DNA from: Nitrospirales bacterium
GTDB taxonomy: Bacteria; Nitrospirota; Nitrospiria; Nitrospirales; UBA8639
Direction of reading: 5' to 3'
NCBI GenBank assembly: GCA_965203295.1
Contig: CBDBCZ010000018.1
Span: forward strand, 96,001-160,000
Length of the DNA stretch: 64,000 bases
The notes below the pieces were generated by a model. The model was not told the origin of the DNA and searched no databases. It saw nothing but the letters and a program-made list of their open reading frames with translations. This document shows, piece after piece, positions 47,018-60,700 of the stretch. Position 1 is the stretch's first letter. The number at the start of each line of letters is the position of its first letter. The position numbers were made by a program, and so were the translations under genes.

Positions 47018-50000
47018 TTAATAGGAGGACGATGGATCCAGCCATGGAAATGGACGAAGTACTCCTCAGCCTGGCCCACCCCACCACCGAGCAGGAGGAT
47101 CCCCTCCCACCCACGGAACACCGAACACACCCAGCCCCTCCCAACACAGACGGGAATGAGCCTGGTACATCCACGTCGAGAGTAACTACTCCCAATATCC
47201 ATTATTCCATCCTACTCTCCGAGGGAGCAGAATCCCCAGAGCCTGCAACTACAAACAAGGCATCTGATGACCTCCAAAAGGCCAAACAGATCATTGCTGA
47301 GGGCACAAGCTGCCTCAAGCAGTCACTAATCATAATGACCAAGGCAGACCACCATCGTGGCAATATGAAGACTGCTGCCACAACAGGGGCGTGCCCAAAA
47401 GGCATGCAGGCTAATGTCCCCCTGATGGCTTATGCATCCGACACGGCCCTAAAAAAGGAGTGGGATAACACCCTATCCGAGTGTTCCCAGAAACTTTTTG
47501 CCCTCCTCATTAATCACTATGAGGGAATGGTAAGAGCGGAGATTAGAACCCAGAAGAGGACATCCAGGCCCAAATTCAGCTGGCAATAAACAATGCCAAC
47601 CTCCCCCCCACCGACATGGAATACCTGTGGAGGGAAGAAATAGATGCGGCGGTGAAAGAAGCCAACCAATTCACTACAAACAAACAAGGTCCCAAACAGG
47701 ACACTCGAAAACGGCAACGAAGCCCCCACTGAACTCCGAAGCCGCAACATTGAGTGAGAAACTTGAAAAACTGAAATCTACCGTTAATGCCCTCCAGAAT
47801 CCTAACAAGGATTTTCGCTGCCCCGTGTTCCCCAGGGGAAGAGATATGCGGGCACGGACAACCACGATGTGAAGAGCCCGGAGACCCTTCCCCAAGGAGA
47901 GGGCGCTCTCAAGGCTACGGCTACACCACGCCTTACGGCAGAAGAAAGCAAAACTAAACAAGAGACACAAAGTCAAACATCAGTAGTCCTAGTATCTACC
48001 GTATAGCCGGAAAATGTGGCGAGAATTTAATTTGGCGAAATCGCCAAAAACGCCTAAAATTAAATATTGGCGAAATTTAAATTTGGCAATTGTGTACAGC
48101 AAAGGCTATGATGTAATCTTCAATTAATTTATATTGGTGTATGACGTAATCACAGGTGCACAACGTGCAATGCTGCTGAATATGTAAAGTTTTTTGTCAC
48201 TGAGCTCAACAATGGAGACGTTGGATTTTACTATCCAGAAGCTTCGAGAAGTGTATAGCGGGCTTTGTTGCTCCGTTGTCAGCGGCACACTTTCCAATAA
48301 GTTTTTTCTTGCATGTAAGTATTATACTTACCTCGAGTGCGAGGTGACCGTGTGACAGGCTTCGAGTCTCCAGATGGAGAGCACTTTACAGCTTTGTTCG
48401 CGAGTTCGATATCCTTGCTGGACAGAGAGGAAACACGTACGCGGCGTGGGAACAACCTCTTTCTTGCTTGTGGGTGTTACGTATTACATAATGCGTGAAA
48501 AATTAATTTGGCGAGAATTTAATTTGGCAATTTTTTACGATTCGCCAAACCGCCAAATTAAAGTCCTCACCAAATTTTCCGGCTATACGGTATGATAATA
48601 TAGTCAACTTATCATCTGCCACTCTATCTCAAGGCTACGGCTACACCACGCCTTACGGCGGAAGAAAGCAAAACTAAACAAGAGACTCACGAAGTCGAAC
48701 ATCAGTAGTCCTAGTATCTATGACAATATAGCCAACTTATCATCTGCCACTCTATCAAACATTGAACAGCAATTGCTATGTAAAGGCTTATCATTTATTC
48801 CTAAACCAAAACATATCCGATTGTATGACTTATACCGCGACAAATAAGTTCGTGTCCAGCATGATATATCGGAATGAACACTAAGGTCAAACTAACAAAC
48901 CTAAGCCACTTTTCCACAGGCGGGGCGACTATAGAGCCCACCCTACCAGTAGTCTGGACTTGGAAAACTGTATAGAAAAACTCAAGCTTGACCTCGTAGG
49001 CTAGCCTATGAACAGGATAAAACAGACAATCTGACTAGAGCTGAAAGAAGGGCTCTCAAAGACCTAAAGGCCAGAGATGACATAGTTATTAACAAAGCCG
49101 ACAAGGGCTCCACTATTGTCACCCAGGATATAGACAGTTACCTAACCGATGGGCTAAAACATTTAGCCAACCCCTCAGTCTGTTGACACTTACAAAAAGA
49201 CTCCACCACTGAAATCAAGAGGGATATCTGTCTAATGCTCGAGCACCTCCAAAGAGCTGAAATTCTCGACAAAAACATGACGGAATTCTGTATGCCCCCC
49301 AAAAAAACACAGAACTTCCCAACTATAATATTTTCTAAAGAAAATACACAAGAGTCCCATGGGAGTTAGACCAATAGTCTCCAGTGTTAATAGTGTCACT
49401 GAGAACATCTCCCAATTCGTCGACATCTGGCTACAGCCTATAATGAAGTCACTGCTGTCCTTCATTAAGGACACTACCGACTTCATTAACCTTATTGAAT
49501 CTACGCCAATAAGCGGAGAATGCCTACTGGCCACCATTAATGTCTCATCGCTATATACCAATATACCCCATAGCGAAGGCTGAAAAGCGGGGATCACAGC
49601 TCTCAACAAAATTGAAAACCCAGACCCCCGCCAACCTCCCCCTACCGTAATAGGGCTAGTCATAGATGTTGTACTACAGAACAATGTCTTTGAGTTCAAT
49701 GACAACCACTATTTGCAGCTACAAGGCACAGCTATGGAAACCAAAATGGCCCCAGCCTATGCCAACATTTTTATGGGCAACCTAGAAGAGCAACTCCTCT
49801 CCAAAGCGAGTGACAAAATCCTACTATGGAAACGATTCATAGACGACATTTTCGTCATATGGAATGGCTCAGAAGCCGAGTTCAAATCATACATGGAAAC
49901 CATAAACGCTCTCCATTCAACTATCAAGTTTACACATGAATATAGTGCACATGAGATTACCTTCCTGGATGTCACACTGTATAAAGGCTCCAGGTTCCTA

Positions 50001-50415
50001 CAGAATGGAATACTGACTGGATGTTAAAACACACATTAAACCGACAAATTAACAACTGTATGTACACCGTACATCCTACTACCCACCTAAAACAGGAAAG
50101 TCCATTACGTCATGTGAAGCTAACAGGTACCTACGCACAAACTCAAATTTAATGAGCAAAACTTCCAGGAGAGCTTAGAACGACTCTCCTCTAAACTCAA
50201 ACAGAGAGGGTATAACCCATCCGAAATCGCAAAGCATGTCTCGCCTGTTAAATTTTCAGACAGACCAGACAAGCTGAGGAGTAACACCCCCATACAAGCG
50301 GATCCTCTACTAGTATTCGCCACAACATATTGTGATCGAATACCCAACATACAGCAGACTCTCAAAGACAATTGGAGAGAACTACAGGGTACACACAGGC
50401 TCGAAAGGATATTTC
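47018..50415 (+). pseudogene. Second PLE copy: ORF1 3' part plus full RT domain (many stops and frameshifts), ending at a telomeric tract
   Basis: Near-identical to 42144-43151. RT motifs KGLSFIP, KADKG, RPIVSS, NVSSLYTNIP, GTAMETKMAPAYANIFM, KRFIDDIF, ITFLDV; thumb ends LERIFPNP. Confidence 0.92.
47999..48590. mobile_element. MITE with TA TSD (Tc1/mariner-pogo-like)
   Basis: TIRs CCGTATAGCCGGAAAAT; TA duplicated; empty site TATC-TA-TGACAAT seen near 43128 and 48715; internal TTTGGCG/CGCCAAA repeats. Confidence 0.92.
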
Positions 50416-50480
50416 CTAACCCTGACCCTAACCCTAACCCTAACCCTAACCCTAACCTTAACCCCAACCCTAAATCCTAA
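50415..50480 (+). repeat. Telomeric repeat tract (CCCTAA)n
   Basis: About 11 units with variants; (CCCCAA)3 also near 50560-50580. Confidence 0.95.
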
Positions 50481-51399
50481 AATTTTGGCTCAGGAATGTA
50501 TTTCGTAATCTGTTAAGCAACACCTATGAATATTTTACCAATTTGAAAAAGGACACATTTAACCCCAACCCCAACCCCAAACCTCAAACTGTTGGTGCAG
50601 GTATCTCTTGCTTAGCCTATTAACTCATGCCATAATTATGTCACGCACATGATGCTCCACACTATAATTTCTACAACAATGGCGTACTAAAAGTTTTAGC
50701 TCAGTGTCTGGCTGTTTTTTGCTTACCAAGTCAGGTATCCAGCGAATTCTGCGTTGCACTTATTAGAAGACTATCGGCTACAGCCATTGAAGGCAAAAAG
50801 GCGGCGGATTGGATCCAAGAAGGGCTTCAGGAGCGATAACCGGATACACGGTAAGTTCAATACGAAACTGTTGTCTTTACGCTCAGGCGGCAAAGAACGA
50901 TGGTCCTACTGAAGCCCCCGACTCTCCCCTGAACCAGTTACCATCGTATCTGCCAGTGAAGTGGACTACAGAGCCCAACTAACTGTGCAGCAATGTAGGT
51001 AGCCATAGCTAGCCGTCTTGATCAGTTGCATATTTTGCCATATGTATCCGTTCTATTACAGATTAGATCGACTTTCGGCACACTTACATCATTATTAGTA
51101 ATCACTCTATTCAATTTTATGGCTAATAAAGGAAGGGGTTTCCCCTCCTGGCTGTAGAGTTAACTTGACGTCTCTAAAGCCGCTATAGTGGCGTGTGGCG
51201 TAGCGGAAGGATTACGTAATATCCACTTAAGTGGCGTACGGCGTGCAATGAGTTAAGTGGGTGCACCCAAAACTCACTGAGAAAATGCAGAATGCCTTGC
51301 TCAAACGAGCTGAGGCCAAAGGGCTCTAGTCAAACAACCATCACGTCCTTCCTCACCACGCATGAAGAACAGGGTGGGGAGGATCAAGCCGAAGAGATT

Positions 51400-52338
51400 A
51401 GCAGTGAGCTGCACGAGGGTTCTGGTCATCAGCAAGCAGCCAGCCATGGTTTTTCTAGCGAACACCCTTTTCTAGTAGACCACCGAAGCTACCTCCGGAG
51501 CAGGCAGGAGACATAGGGGAATTTGTGACATGCACAAAACTGTCCAAGTTGTTCTCCAAGCTATTGGATGATGCCGAGCATGGTAGGCCAATTCCCCCCC
51601 TGAATCTGCACACCATCGTCATCTGGTTGGCTGGCTGCCAGCTGCATACTAATAGCCATCGACCAAGGGCCATAGCAAACATGACCGTCGAAACGTTCGA
51701 GCGTGCAAGCACCATAACCGAAGGACGCACTTCGTACATCATGGTTCGTGTAGTAAAGCACAAAACCCAAACCACCGGCAGTGCCAAAGTCACGATCAGT
51801 GCTGTGCTAGCTCGCCGCCTTCATGCCTATGTGAAGTACCTTCGCCCTTTGCTACCCGAGTCACTACTCATGTTTCCAAACAGGTTGGGCTACCCACTGG
51901 ACTCGACAGGTGATGCAGCTCGGAAATTGACATAATCTGAGCCTGCCAACTGCAACTGAGGGTAGGCATGCTGCTGGAACTGCAGCTGCCAAGAGTTGTA
52001 ATCAGGAGGAGAGGGCTGCCATTGCATTGCAAATGTCACACTCACCACAGATACAGGAACAGTACTACGTGCACACAAAATCCCACACGGAGGCCCTGAA
52101 AGGGTACCGACTCTTGGAGGGTCTGCGTCACGGTTCAAGTGCTGGTGGGAAGCGGGTCACTTTCACAGAAGAAGTTGAGACCATATTCCTTTACTTTCAA
52201 GGCCATATTGAAGCGGGTGATGTCCCCTCTGCAAGCGAGTGTAAAGAGTTTCTAGATAACCACCCAATGGAACGTAGCCATAAGCAGGTCCGTGATAAAA
52301 TTCGTAACCTCTTGAAGGTGCGCAAACCAAAGCAGTGA
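51400..52338 (+). pseudogene. YR-Myb gene copy 6
   Basis: SHRPRA, KHKTQTTGSAKV, PTATEGRH, MSHS..QYY; tail KRVTFTEE...ERSHKQVRDKIRNLLK. Confidence 0.8.
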
Positions 52339-52779
52339 ACTCTCAACTCTGAACACCCTTTGTAGCCGTATCATGTGTTGTGTTAACGTGTGGAAATCTT
52401 AATCACTTCTGCTATATTGTGATGTGTGCATGTATGTATGCATGCGTGTATGGAGATGGTTGGATAGGGCCACTACATTAAGATTGCTGAAATAAGTTGG
52501 CTTGGTATCCTTCATTCTATACTTAATCATTCCATTCAATGGCAATACACTGGTACTTTGCGCCACAAGTATTTTTATCAGAAACACTCCTAAAAAAAAG
52601 GTTAGATCAGAGTGGTCTATTCCAACTCCAAAAGACATTGCTTGGATTGACTTCTGTCCGTGGTTACTCCGCAGTCCTTGTTCACAAAGCCCAGCAGTAG
52701 AGGCTGCATGAGTTTCAAGCATAAAAACTTCTTTAACAGCGAGAATGTTTTACATACATTACAAAAAAAGGAATTCAAT

Positions 52780-53157
52780 AGGGACACTTGTTTCAAAAAT
52801 ATGGACAGGTAAACAGATGTCATATTTAATTGAGAAAAGGGACTCTCCAGATGGAAGAGAGAGGACACTGACAAATAAAATTGCATGAGAAAAGACACAA
52901 GACTGAATAAAAAGGACACTCGGAATTCTAAAAAAGTCACATCTTAAGTACGTCTTCAGAAAAGAAACTGCAGATGTGAGGGGACACTTATAGCCAAAAA
53001 AAGGATAGGAGTTTTGAAAAAAGGACTCTCAGAATTTCCAAAAAAAGGACGGGAACCCGGACGCTTTTTTGACATAGCCAAAAGGACACTGCAAAATGGA
53101 CATTTTTTTCCTAAAAGGACACCAAAAAAGGACATAACCAATAACCCTAACCCTAAC
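52780..53157 (+). repeat. GGAC motif cluster ending in (CCCTAA)2
   Basis: About a dozen AAGGAC/GGGAC motifs, then GACATAACCAATAACCCTAACCCTAAC. Confidence 0.75.
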
Positions 53158-53173
53158 ATACGAACGAATTCAG

Positions 53174-53395
53174 TTGGAAGGCAAGCAACAGCAGAGAGAA
53201 GAGAGTCCGTCCACGCCAAAGCGTCGTCGACAGTGGGCCGGTGAGGAGATCAAGGTCATGAAGCAGTACTTCAAAGAAGGAAAAACGATTTCCCTTCATC
53301 AAGCCAGCCAGTTTCTGGAAACACACAGATTCCACACTGCACGCCAAAACATACAGGATAAAATAAAAACATTCGTTCGGCAAGGTCGTTCTTGA
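53174..53395 (+). pseudogene. Isolated Myb-like tail of a YR gene (copy 7)
   Basis: KRRRQWAGEE...ARQNIQDKIKTF. Confidence 0.65.
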
Positions 53396-54854
53396 GTTTC
53401 GGGACTGCGGAAACAAAGGTTACCTTAAGTGGCTGTTGTATGACTGTTGCGTTGGTTCAGGCTAAGTGGTTTACTTTAAAGCAGTAGTCTTACTAAACTT
53501 GGTAATTACGAAACTTGCACTTAGTCATCTATATCTGTTTGAAAAATTACTGTTGTGTATCCCACTCAGGGCCGTTAAGGCAAGCTCACGTATGATTGCG
53601 CACGCCCTTAGTTGAGATAACGCACACCGCTGGTTGCAATAGTTCTACTGTAAATTATAACTGTATACATGTACCACCAGTTATGATAACACAGACAAAT
53701 TTTAGTCACAACACGCTTTATAGTTGCTGCAGTTGGTGTGGGTGCTAAACGAGTCACGCGATCATTACCGGATACTCCGCCCAGTTTAGTCGCATGGAGG
53801 CAAGCAATGGCCGGCTGAAATGACCGACCTGAGGTTTTCAGCTTATGCGGAAGGTCAAGCCTCTTTAGTTAGAGGCAGAAATGGTCCCCTTCGAATCGTC
53901 TGGAGCTACCTTTTCAAATCGGGTGGAAGTTGGGTACCACAGGTAAGGTCAGTGACTGACTGATACAGAAGTACCGTAAATGACGTTAAAATGCTGTTTA
54001 GCACGCTACTTTGGAGTCTATACATCATACTTTACTAGCAGTGCATAGTTTCCAGCCGTATTCGTTTGAAGCAGACAGAGCATTCCAGCAATGCCAAAAC
54101 ATATAGATTTGGTAGGCTTTAACCTTCCGCATTCGACAAAGTTTGCGTTTTGATAGTTTACGTGTTTACGCGAAGGGGCGGGGCGTTACCATGGAAACAA
54201 ATATATAAACATAAACCACAAAGGTAGTGCTACATAAGCATATATAGTATGGCCAACACAGACACTCCTGTAGTGAGACAATAGTTCAAAAGTAACTTAA
54301 ACATTGATTTTTCACAAGCACAGTATCTGAGCTTGCCGTAACAGCCTTGAGCACTGAATAAGTTACTTGTGTATCCCACTGAATTAGTTCCGTATCCGAC
54401 TGATTGTATCCTGATTTAAGTTGAAATTGTGCACTCTATAGCTATTTGTATACTGACATGAAAGTGGCTGATATTCTCTTGCCTGTTGAATGTATCTTGT
54501 GTTTTCTGCTTCTTAACTGCTAATTATGATCTATTTCAATGAGTGAAAACGTGTTTACTAACTTCAAACTTGCTGATTGTACCACGATTTAAAATTCTTG
54601 TATGGTGTGGTAATGCAACTACGGTGAAGGTAGAATTGGTTTAAAATGCAAGCACAGGGACAGTAAACACTATTGAGGCTTCCAAAGAACACAAAACACG
54701 CTGCAATTGGCATCTGGCTAAACCCCCAAAGGACACCAAAATGTACATTCTGCATCTTCATTGCAGCTTACTGAGCTGGCCTGACAGGCTGCAGGCACCA
54801 CTATGCTCAAGCAAGGCAACGTAGTAGCCACAGGGACACTTAAAAATTCTCGTT

Positions 54855-55230
54855 TCTGCATGGTTTCCTTCCCAACCCCATTCATTTTTGTCAAACGCCA
54901 CCACCTAACCCTAGACCAGGACAAGTTGTTAGGTGGCACACGTGGTGGTGCTAATCGTTTCTGTGCACATTTGTCCAATAAGAGTTTGTGCATGGTTCCC
55001 ATCCCTATCCCCATACAATTTCACAAGTGCCACCACCTAACACTAATCCAGGGCTTGTGGTGGCTTTAACCCAGTTACTGCATAATCCCCAAAAATTGAC
55101 CATTCCGCATGGTTTCCATCCCCAACCCCATTCATTTTGTCAAATGCCACCACCTAACCCTAGTCCCGGGCAAGTGGTTTGGTGACATGCATGTGGCGGC
55201 TTTAGTTACTGCATAATTCCCAAAAATTGT
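54855..55230. repeat. ~125-bp diverged tandem repeat (3 copies) containing CCACCACCTAACCCTAG
   Basis: GCATGGTT(T/C)CC..CCC and GCCACCACCTAAC recur near 54858, 54990 and 55107. Confidence 0.75.
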
Positions 55231-56349
55231 AGAGAGACTAATTCGTGGCTATATAAACGCCTTGCACGATCGAGTAGGCTCGCGCAGCCACGCGCGGTAT
55301 CGCAAGTTCCGTAACTTCGTGTAATAACGCGAGTACACGGCTTGCGCGAAGAATTTGCGCTGACAGCGATTCACTCGCGTAAATTCGAACCTATTTTCAC
55401 CCGGTTTATGAGCACATGTAGTGTAATTAAAAACAATGCTTGCAATTACCATTTTTCGATTCTTCTATAGGTGCCTGTCATATGTACTTTAAGTCCTTGC
55501 ACGCAGGCTGTCTGGTGCTTTTGACCAGCACAGAGTAAAACAGAAAAGGACAAGCCGTCTTAATCCGGTCATCACATAGTTTCAAGTTGTTAGTTGTGTA
55601 TCTGTTAAAGCTATAAAGCTGTTTAGCCAGCTATAGCTGCAATAGACTTGGTCATGTGTAATGTTTGTATAATGTTCCATGACAACCTACAATTAATTAA
55701 CTACGGAGGGCATAAGTACATAATATTGTAATTGTGTCATGCCACTGCCCTGCCCTCAAGACTATTAATCTTGCATTTTGTAGAAACTCAAAATACAAAA
55801 GATTGAGCCTGATGAAACTGCTCGAGCACAAGACTGGAGTGCCATGCACAAACGATGTGTCAATATGCTGCTGACAACCAAGTACATGTCATCTGAGTCC
55901 TCTGCTGAAGAAAGCGATGATGGTACAGTCGTGACCAAGTCAGTACTCAAAAGAAAAAGTTGATTTGGCTAAAAAAGAAGTATAACTTCATCTTTCTAAA
56001 GGTGGAAAGATGGCCAATGTTCTGGGGGGAAAGATGCTTATACTTACACGTTTCCGATGTATCAGATATTCACATTAATATACAAAAATGTAGTATTTAT
56101 CTGTGTTTATGTTTAACACCATTATAAATTCTACATCACAGATCAAGCTTGCCGTCCACATCCGTTTGTACCATCTGCATATCAACCAGAAGGAGCGCCG
56201 TTGGCTGACACGGGTGGTAAAGGTGGTTGGCATGACCAAGGTGAAGACGGAAACCAAAACCTTGGCTCCAGCTGGGATGACGCCTCTACCAAAGCTGTTC
56301 AAGAAATGTATCCAAGAGGAGGAAGAGCCACCAGCTGGGTTGATTATAC

Positions 56350-57640
56350 AACCTTCAGTGGAGCCAGGTAAAGCTGGTATGCGTCACTTTCCTAGCTTCC
56401 CCTTAGATCACGGCGAAATACAGCCAGCCATTCGTTGCCTTCTCAGAGTCAATGGACGGCCGTTGCAAATCTACCAGCGAAGCCAAGGCCATCGCCACCG
56501 ATGTGAGTAAATACCTGTGCTTTGTGTTCCCCAAGGTGATCTGGCAACTTATGGACACAAAGTTACTGAAGCGCTACGTTGACCACCTCAAAGAGAGTGG
56601 CATTGGAGTTAAAGGGATCCTCACGAAATTAGATCGAATGGTCTACGGCCTCCGCTTGAGGTCAGCAGTTCCGATGATAGTCGCACTGCTCACCTCTGTG
56701 AAACAGCTGAGAAAAGGGTGGCACAGTGGAGAGCAGCACTTAGACCTCAAAAGGCTCTGAAGCAAAAGCGCAGACTTGAAGATGGCAGCAATGAGCCTGG
56801 AAGCCTCAGTGCTGCAACAGCACTGCTGACACACGAGCCACTGTGGAACGAGGTGAGGGAAATACTCTCACGTTCCCTGTATGAGGAAATTGAGATAAAG
56901 AAGCAGAAAGTTGTTACAGCAGCCCTCCTATCCATGGTTGTTTGCCGAAATTGTCAGCGTCCTGGGGCAGTAGCCAATGCTCTGCTACTGTGGAAGATGA
57001 TGTCATGCGAGTGACCCAGCACAAAACTGCTAGGCAGGGGCCAGCACGCCTCACCCTGACGAAAACAGAAATGAAGCTCATAAAAAAATACATCCATAAG
57101 GTACGCCCTATGCTTGAACCCAAACAAATAAGGGAGGAAATCTTCCTCAAGCCGGGCCCGAAGCCAATCACGAACATAGACCAGCAATTGAAGAAAGTAG
57201 GGAGGCACTTTAACGTTACAGACACAACGCGCACCCAGCTTCGAAAGCTGGGTGACATTGCTGTTGCCACTGAATGCACGCATGGTGAGACAGTGGTGGT
57301 GGCAAAACAAATGAGCCACAGCCCAGCCACCTCGGCAAAATATTATGACCTCGTACAAGGAAAGGCAGCAGCTGTTCACGCTCGCCACATCAGAGAGCGA
57401 GTCATGACTGAGGCCAGAGAAGTCACGGAGGAGCAGCAAGGCTCATCAACCAGTCTCTCTCTGAGGCAAGCCTACACAGAACAAGAAGCAGCCATCAGAA
57501 AATACTTCAAGAAATTCATAAAAACTGGGAGTTCCCTTACCAGCTGCCATCTGTGCGTCATTTTTTTCGCTGAACTAGTACATTAATCGTACAAAAAGTA
57601 AATTCAGGACAAGATTCAGGCCATCAACTCACGCCGATAA
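56350..57640 (+). pseudogene. YR-Myb gene copy 8
   Basis: AIATDVSKYLCF, NCQRPGA, QHKTARQGPA, TRTQLRK, MSHSPATSAKYY; tail RQAYTEQE...IQDKIQ; several frameshifts. Confidence 0.82.
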
Positions 57641-57723
57641 GTGAGTAAAAATACATCTACCCTTAATTACGTAATAAATGCGTAGCCCACATGCGAATTG
57701 CCTCTTAGTGAAATCTATCTTAA

Positions 57724-60700
57724 CTTTCCTGCTTGAAAATACGAGCATTAGCATTTTAGTCTTTCTTCTCATAGTAGCTAGAGTGTGCAGTGGTGTGTGA
57801 GTGTCTGGGCGTCAAAGAAGTGAAGGCAACCCTCGACAAGTGCGGCATTACAAACCACAGCATTGGATTTGTACACACCAAGACTCCTCCAGCAGCTTCT
57901 GCCTGTAAGTTGCACATTTCATATGGGATAAAATAGTTTTAACATTTATAAGGCTCCTTAAGCTGCTTCAAATTGTAACTTAATCACACAATTCGTTCAA
58001 TATTTTAAAATACTCTTCATCTTCATTCTCCTTAAATTATAGCTTCAGGTGCTTTCAGAAAGCAAACGGGCCCCGTGCTTGTCGGTTCCACATTTGCAAT
58101 GGACAGGAAGGAGTATTTCCTGTAACTTTGGTTAAGCAATATCCCTCCACAAGTGCGGCATTACAAACCACAGCATTGGATTTGTACACACCAAGACTCC
58201 TCCAGCAGCTTCTGCCTGTATGTTGCACATTTCATATGGGATAAAATAGTTTTAACATTTATAAGGCTCCTTAAGCTGCTTCAAATTGTAACTTAATCAC
58301 ACAATTCGTTCAATATTTTAAAATACTCTTCATCTTCATTTTCCTTAAACTATAGCTTCAGGTGCTTTCAGAAAGCAAACGGGCCCCGTGCTAGTCGGTT
58401 CCACATTTGCAATGGACAGGAAGGAGTGTTCCCCGTACCTTTTGTTAAGCAATACTGAACAGTTTCTGTTATATAATTATTGCTACCAGAAGTGAATGGT
58501 TGGACTCACGACATGACTACATGAGACAAGGTAAATCATCACTTATTTGTCTGCAACACATATTGCATGACTGACAGTCCGAGTAAAGTTGAACTGTATG
58601 TGCATGATTGTTGAATTATAATAATGTAATATCCAGGTGGAGATGTGTAGGATGACGCTGTATGAGCTCTCAAGTACAGACGAAACAGAGGAGGTTCCAA
58701 GCAAGAAGCCAGAGAACTGGAAATCCAAGTGTTCTGAGATACTCATGCAGAGTGCATGTAAGTTTTGTTGAGTTGAATGCCATTTAAATGCTACTAGGAA
58801 AACCTTTCCTGCTTGAAAATACGAGCATTAGCATTTCAGTCTTTCTTCTCATATTAGCTATAGTGTGCAGTGGTGTGTGAGTGTCTGGACGTCCAAGAAG
58901 TGAAGGCAACCCTCGACAAGTGCGGCATTACAAACCACAGCATTGGATTTGTACACACCAAGACTCCTCCAGCAGCTTCTGCCTGTAAGTTGCACATTTC
59001 ATATGGGATAAATTAGTTTTAACATTTATACGGCTCCTTAAGCTGCTTCAAACTGTAACTTAATCACACAATTCGTTCAATATTTTAAAATACACTCCAT
59101 CTTCATTCTCCTTAAACTATAGCTTCAGGTGCTTTCAGAAAGCAAACGGGCCCCGTGCTAGTCGGTTCGACATTTGCAATGGAGAGGAAGGACTGTTCCC
59201 CGTACCTTTTGTTAAGCAATACTGAACAATTTCTGTTATATAATTACTGCTACCAGAAGTGAATGGTTGGACTCACGACATGACTACATGGGACAAGGTA
59301 AATCATCACTTATTTGTCTGCAACACATATTGCATGATTGACAGTCTGAGTAAAGTTGAACTGTATGTGCATGATTGTTGAATTATAATGATGTAATATC
59401 CAGGTGGAGATGTGTAGGATGACGCTGTATGAGCTCTCAAGTACAGACGAAACAGAGGAGGTTCCAAGCAAGAAGCCAGAGAACTGGAAATCCAAGTGTT
59501 CTGAGATACTCATGCAGAGTGCATGTAAGTTTTGTCGAGTTGAATGCCATTTATTAAATGCTACTAGGAAAACCTTTCCTGCTTGAAAATACGAACATTA
59601 GCATTTTAGTCTTTCTTCTCATAGTAGCTATAGTGTGCAGTGGTGTGTGAGTGTCTGGACGTCCAAGAAGTGAAGGCAACCCTCGACAAGTGCGGCATTA
59701 CAAACCACAGCATTGGATTTGTACACACCAAGACTCCTCCAGCAGCTTCTGCCTGTATGTTGCACATTTCATATGGGATAAAATAGTTTTAACATTTATA
59801 AGGCTCCTTAAGCTGCTTCAAATTGTAACAATCACACAATTCGTTCAATATTTTAAAATACTCTTCATCTTCATTTTCCTTAAACTATAGCTTCAGGTGC
59901 TTTCAGAAAGCAAACGGGCCCCGTGCTAGTCGGTTCCACATTTGCAATGGACAGGAAGGAGTGTTCCCCGTACCTTTTGTTAAGCAATACTGAACAGTTT
60001 CTGTTATATAATTATTGCTACCAGAAGTGAATGGTTGGACTCACGACATGACTACATGAGACAAGGTAAATCATCACTTATTTGTCTGCAACACATATTG
60101 CATGACTGACAGTCCGAGTAAAGTTGAACTGTATGTGCATGATTGTTGAATTATAATAATGTAATATCCAGGTGGAGATGTGTAGGATGACGCTGTATGA
60201 GCTCTCAAGTACAGACGAAACAGAGGAGGTTCCAAGCAAGAAGCCAGAGAACTGGAAATCCAAGTGTTCTGAGATACTCATGCAGAGTGCATGTAAGTTT
60301 TGTTGAGTTGAATGCCATTTAAATGCTACTAGGAAAACCTTTCCTGCTTGAAAATACGAGCATTAGCATTTCAGTCTTTCTTCTCATATTAGCTATAGTG
60401 TGCAGTGGTGTGTGAGTGTCTGGACGTCCAAGAAGTGAAGGCAACCCTCGACAAGTGCGGCATTACAAACCACAGCATTGGATTTGTACACACCAAGACT
60501 CCTCCAGCAGCTTCTGCCTGTAAGTTGCACATTTCATATGGGATAAATTAGTTTTAACATTTATACGGCTCCTTAAGCTGCTTCAAACTGTAACTTAATC
60601 ACACAATTCGTTCAATATTTTAAAATACACTCCATCTTCATTCTCCTTAAACTATAGCTTCAGGTGCTTTCAGAAAGCAAACGGGCCCCGTGCTAGTCGG

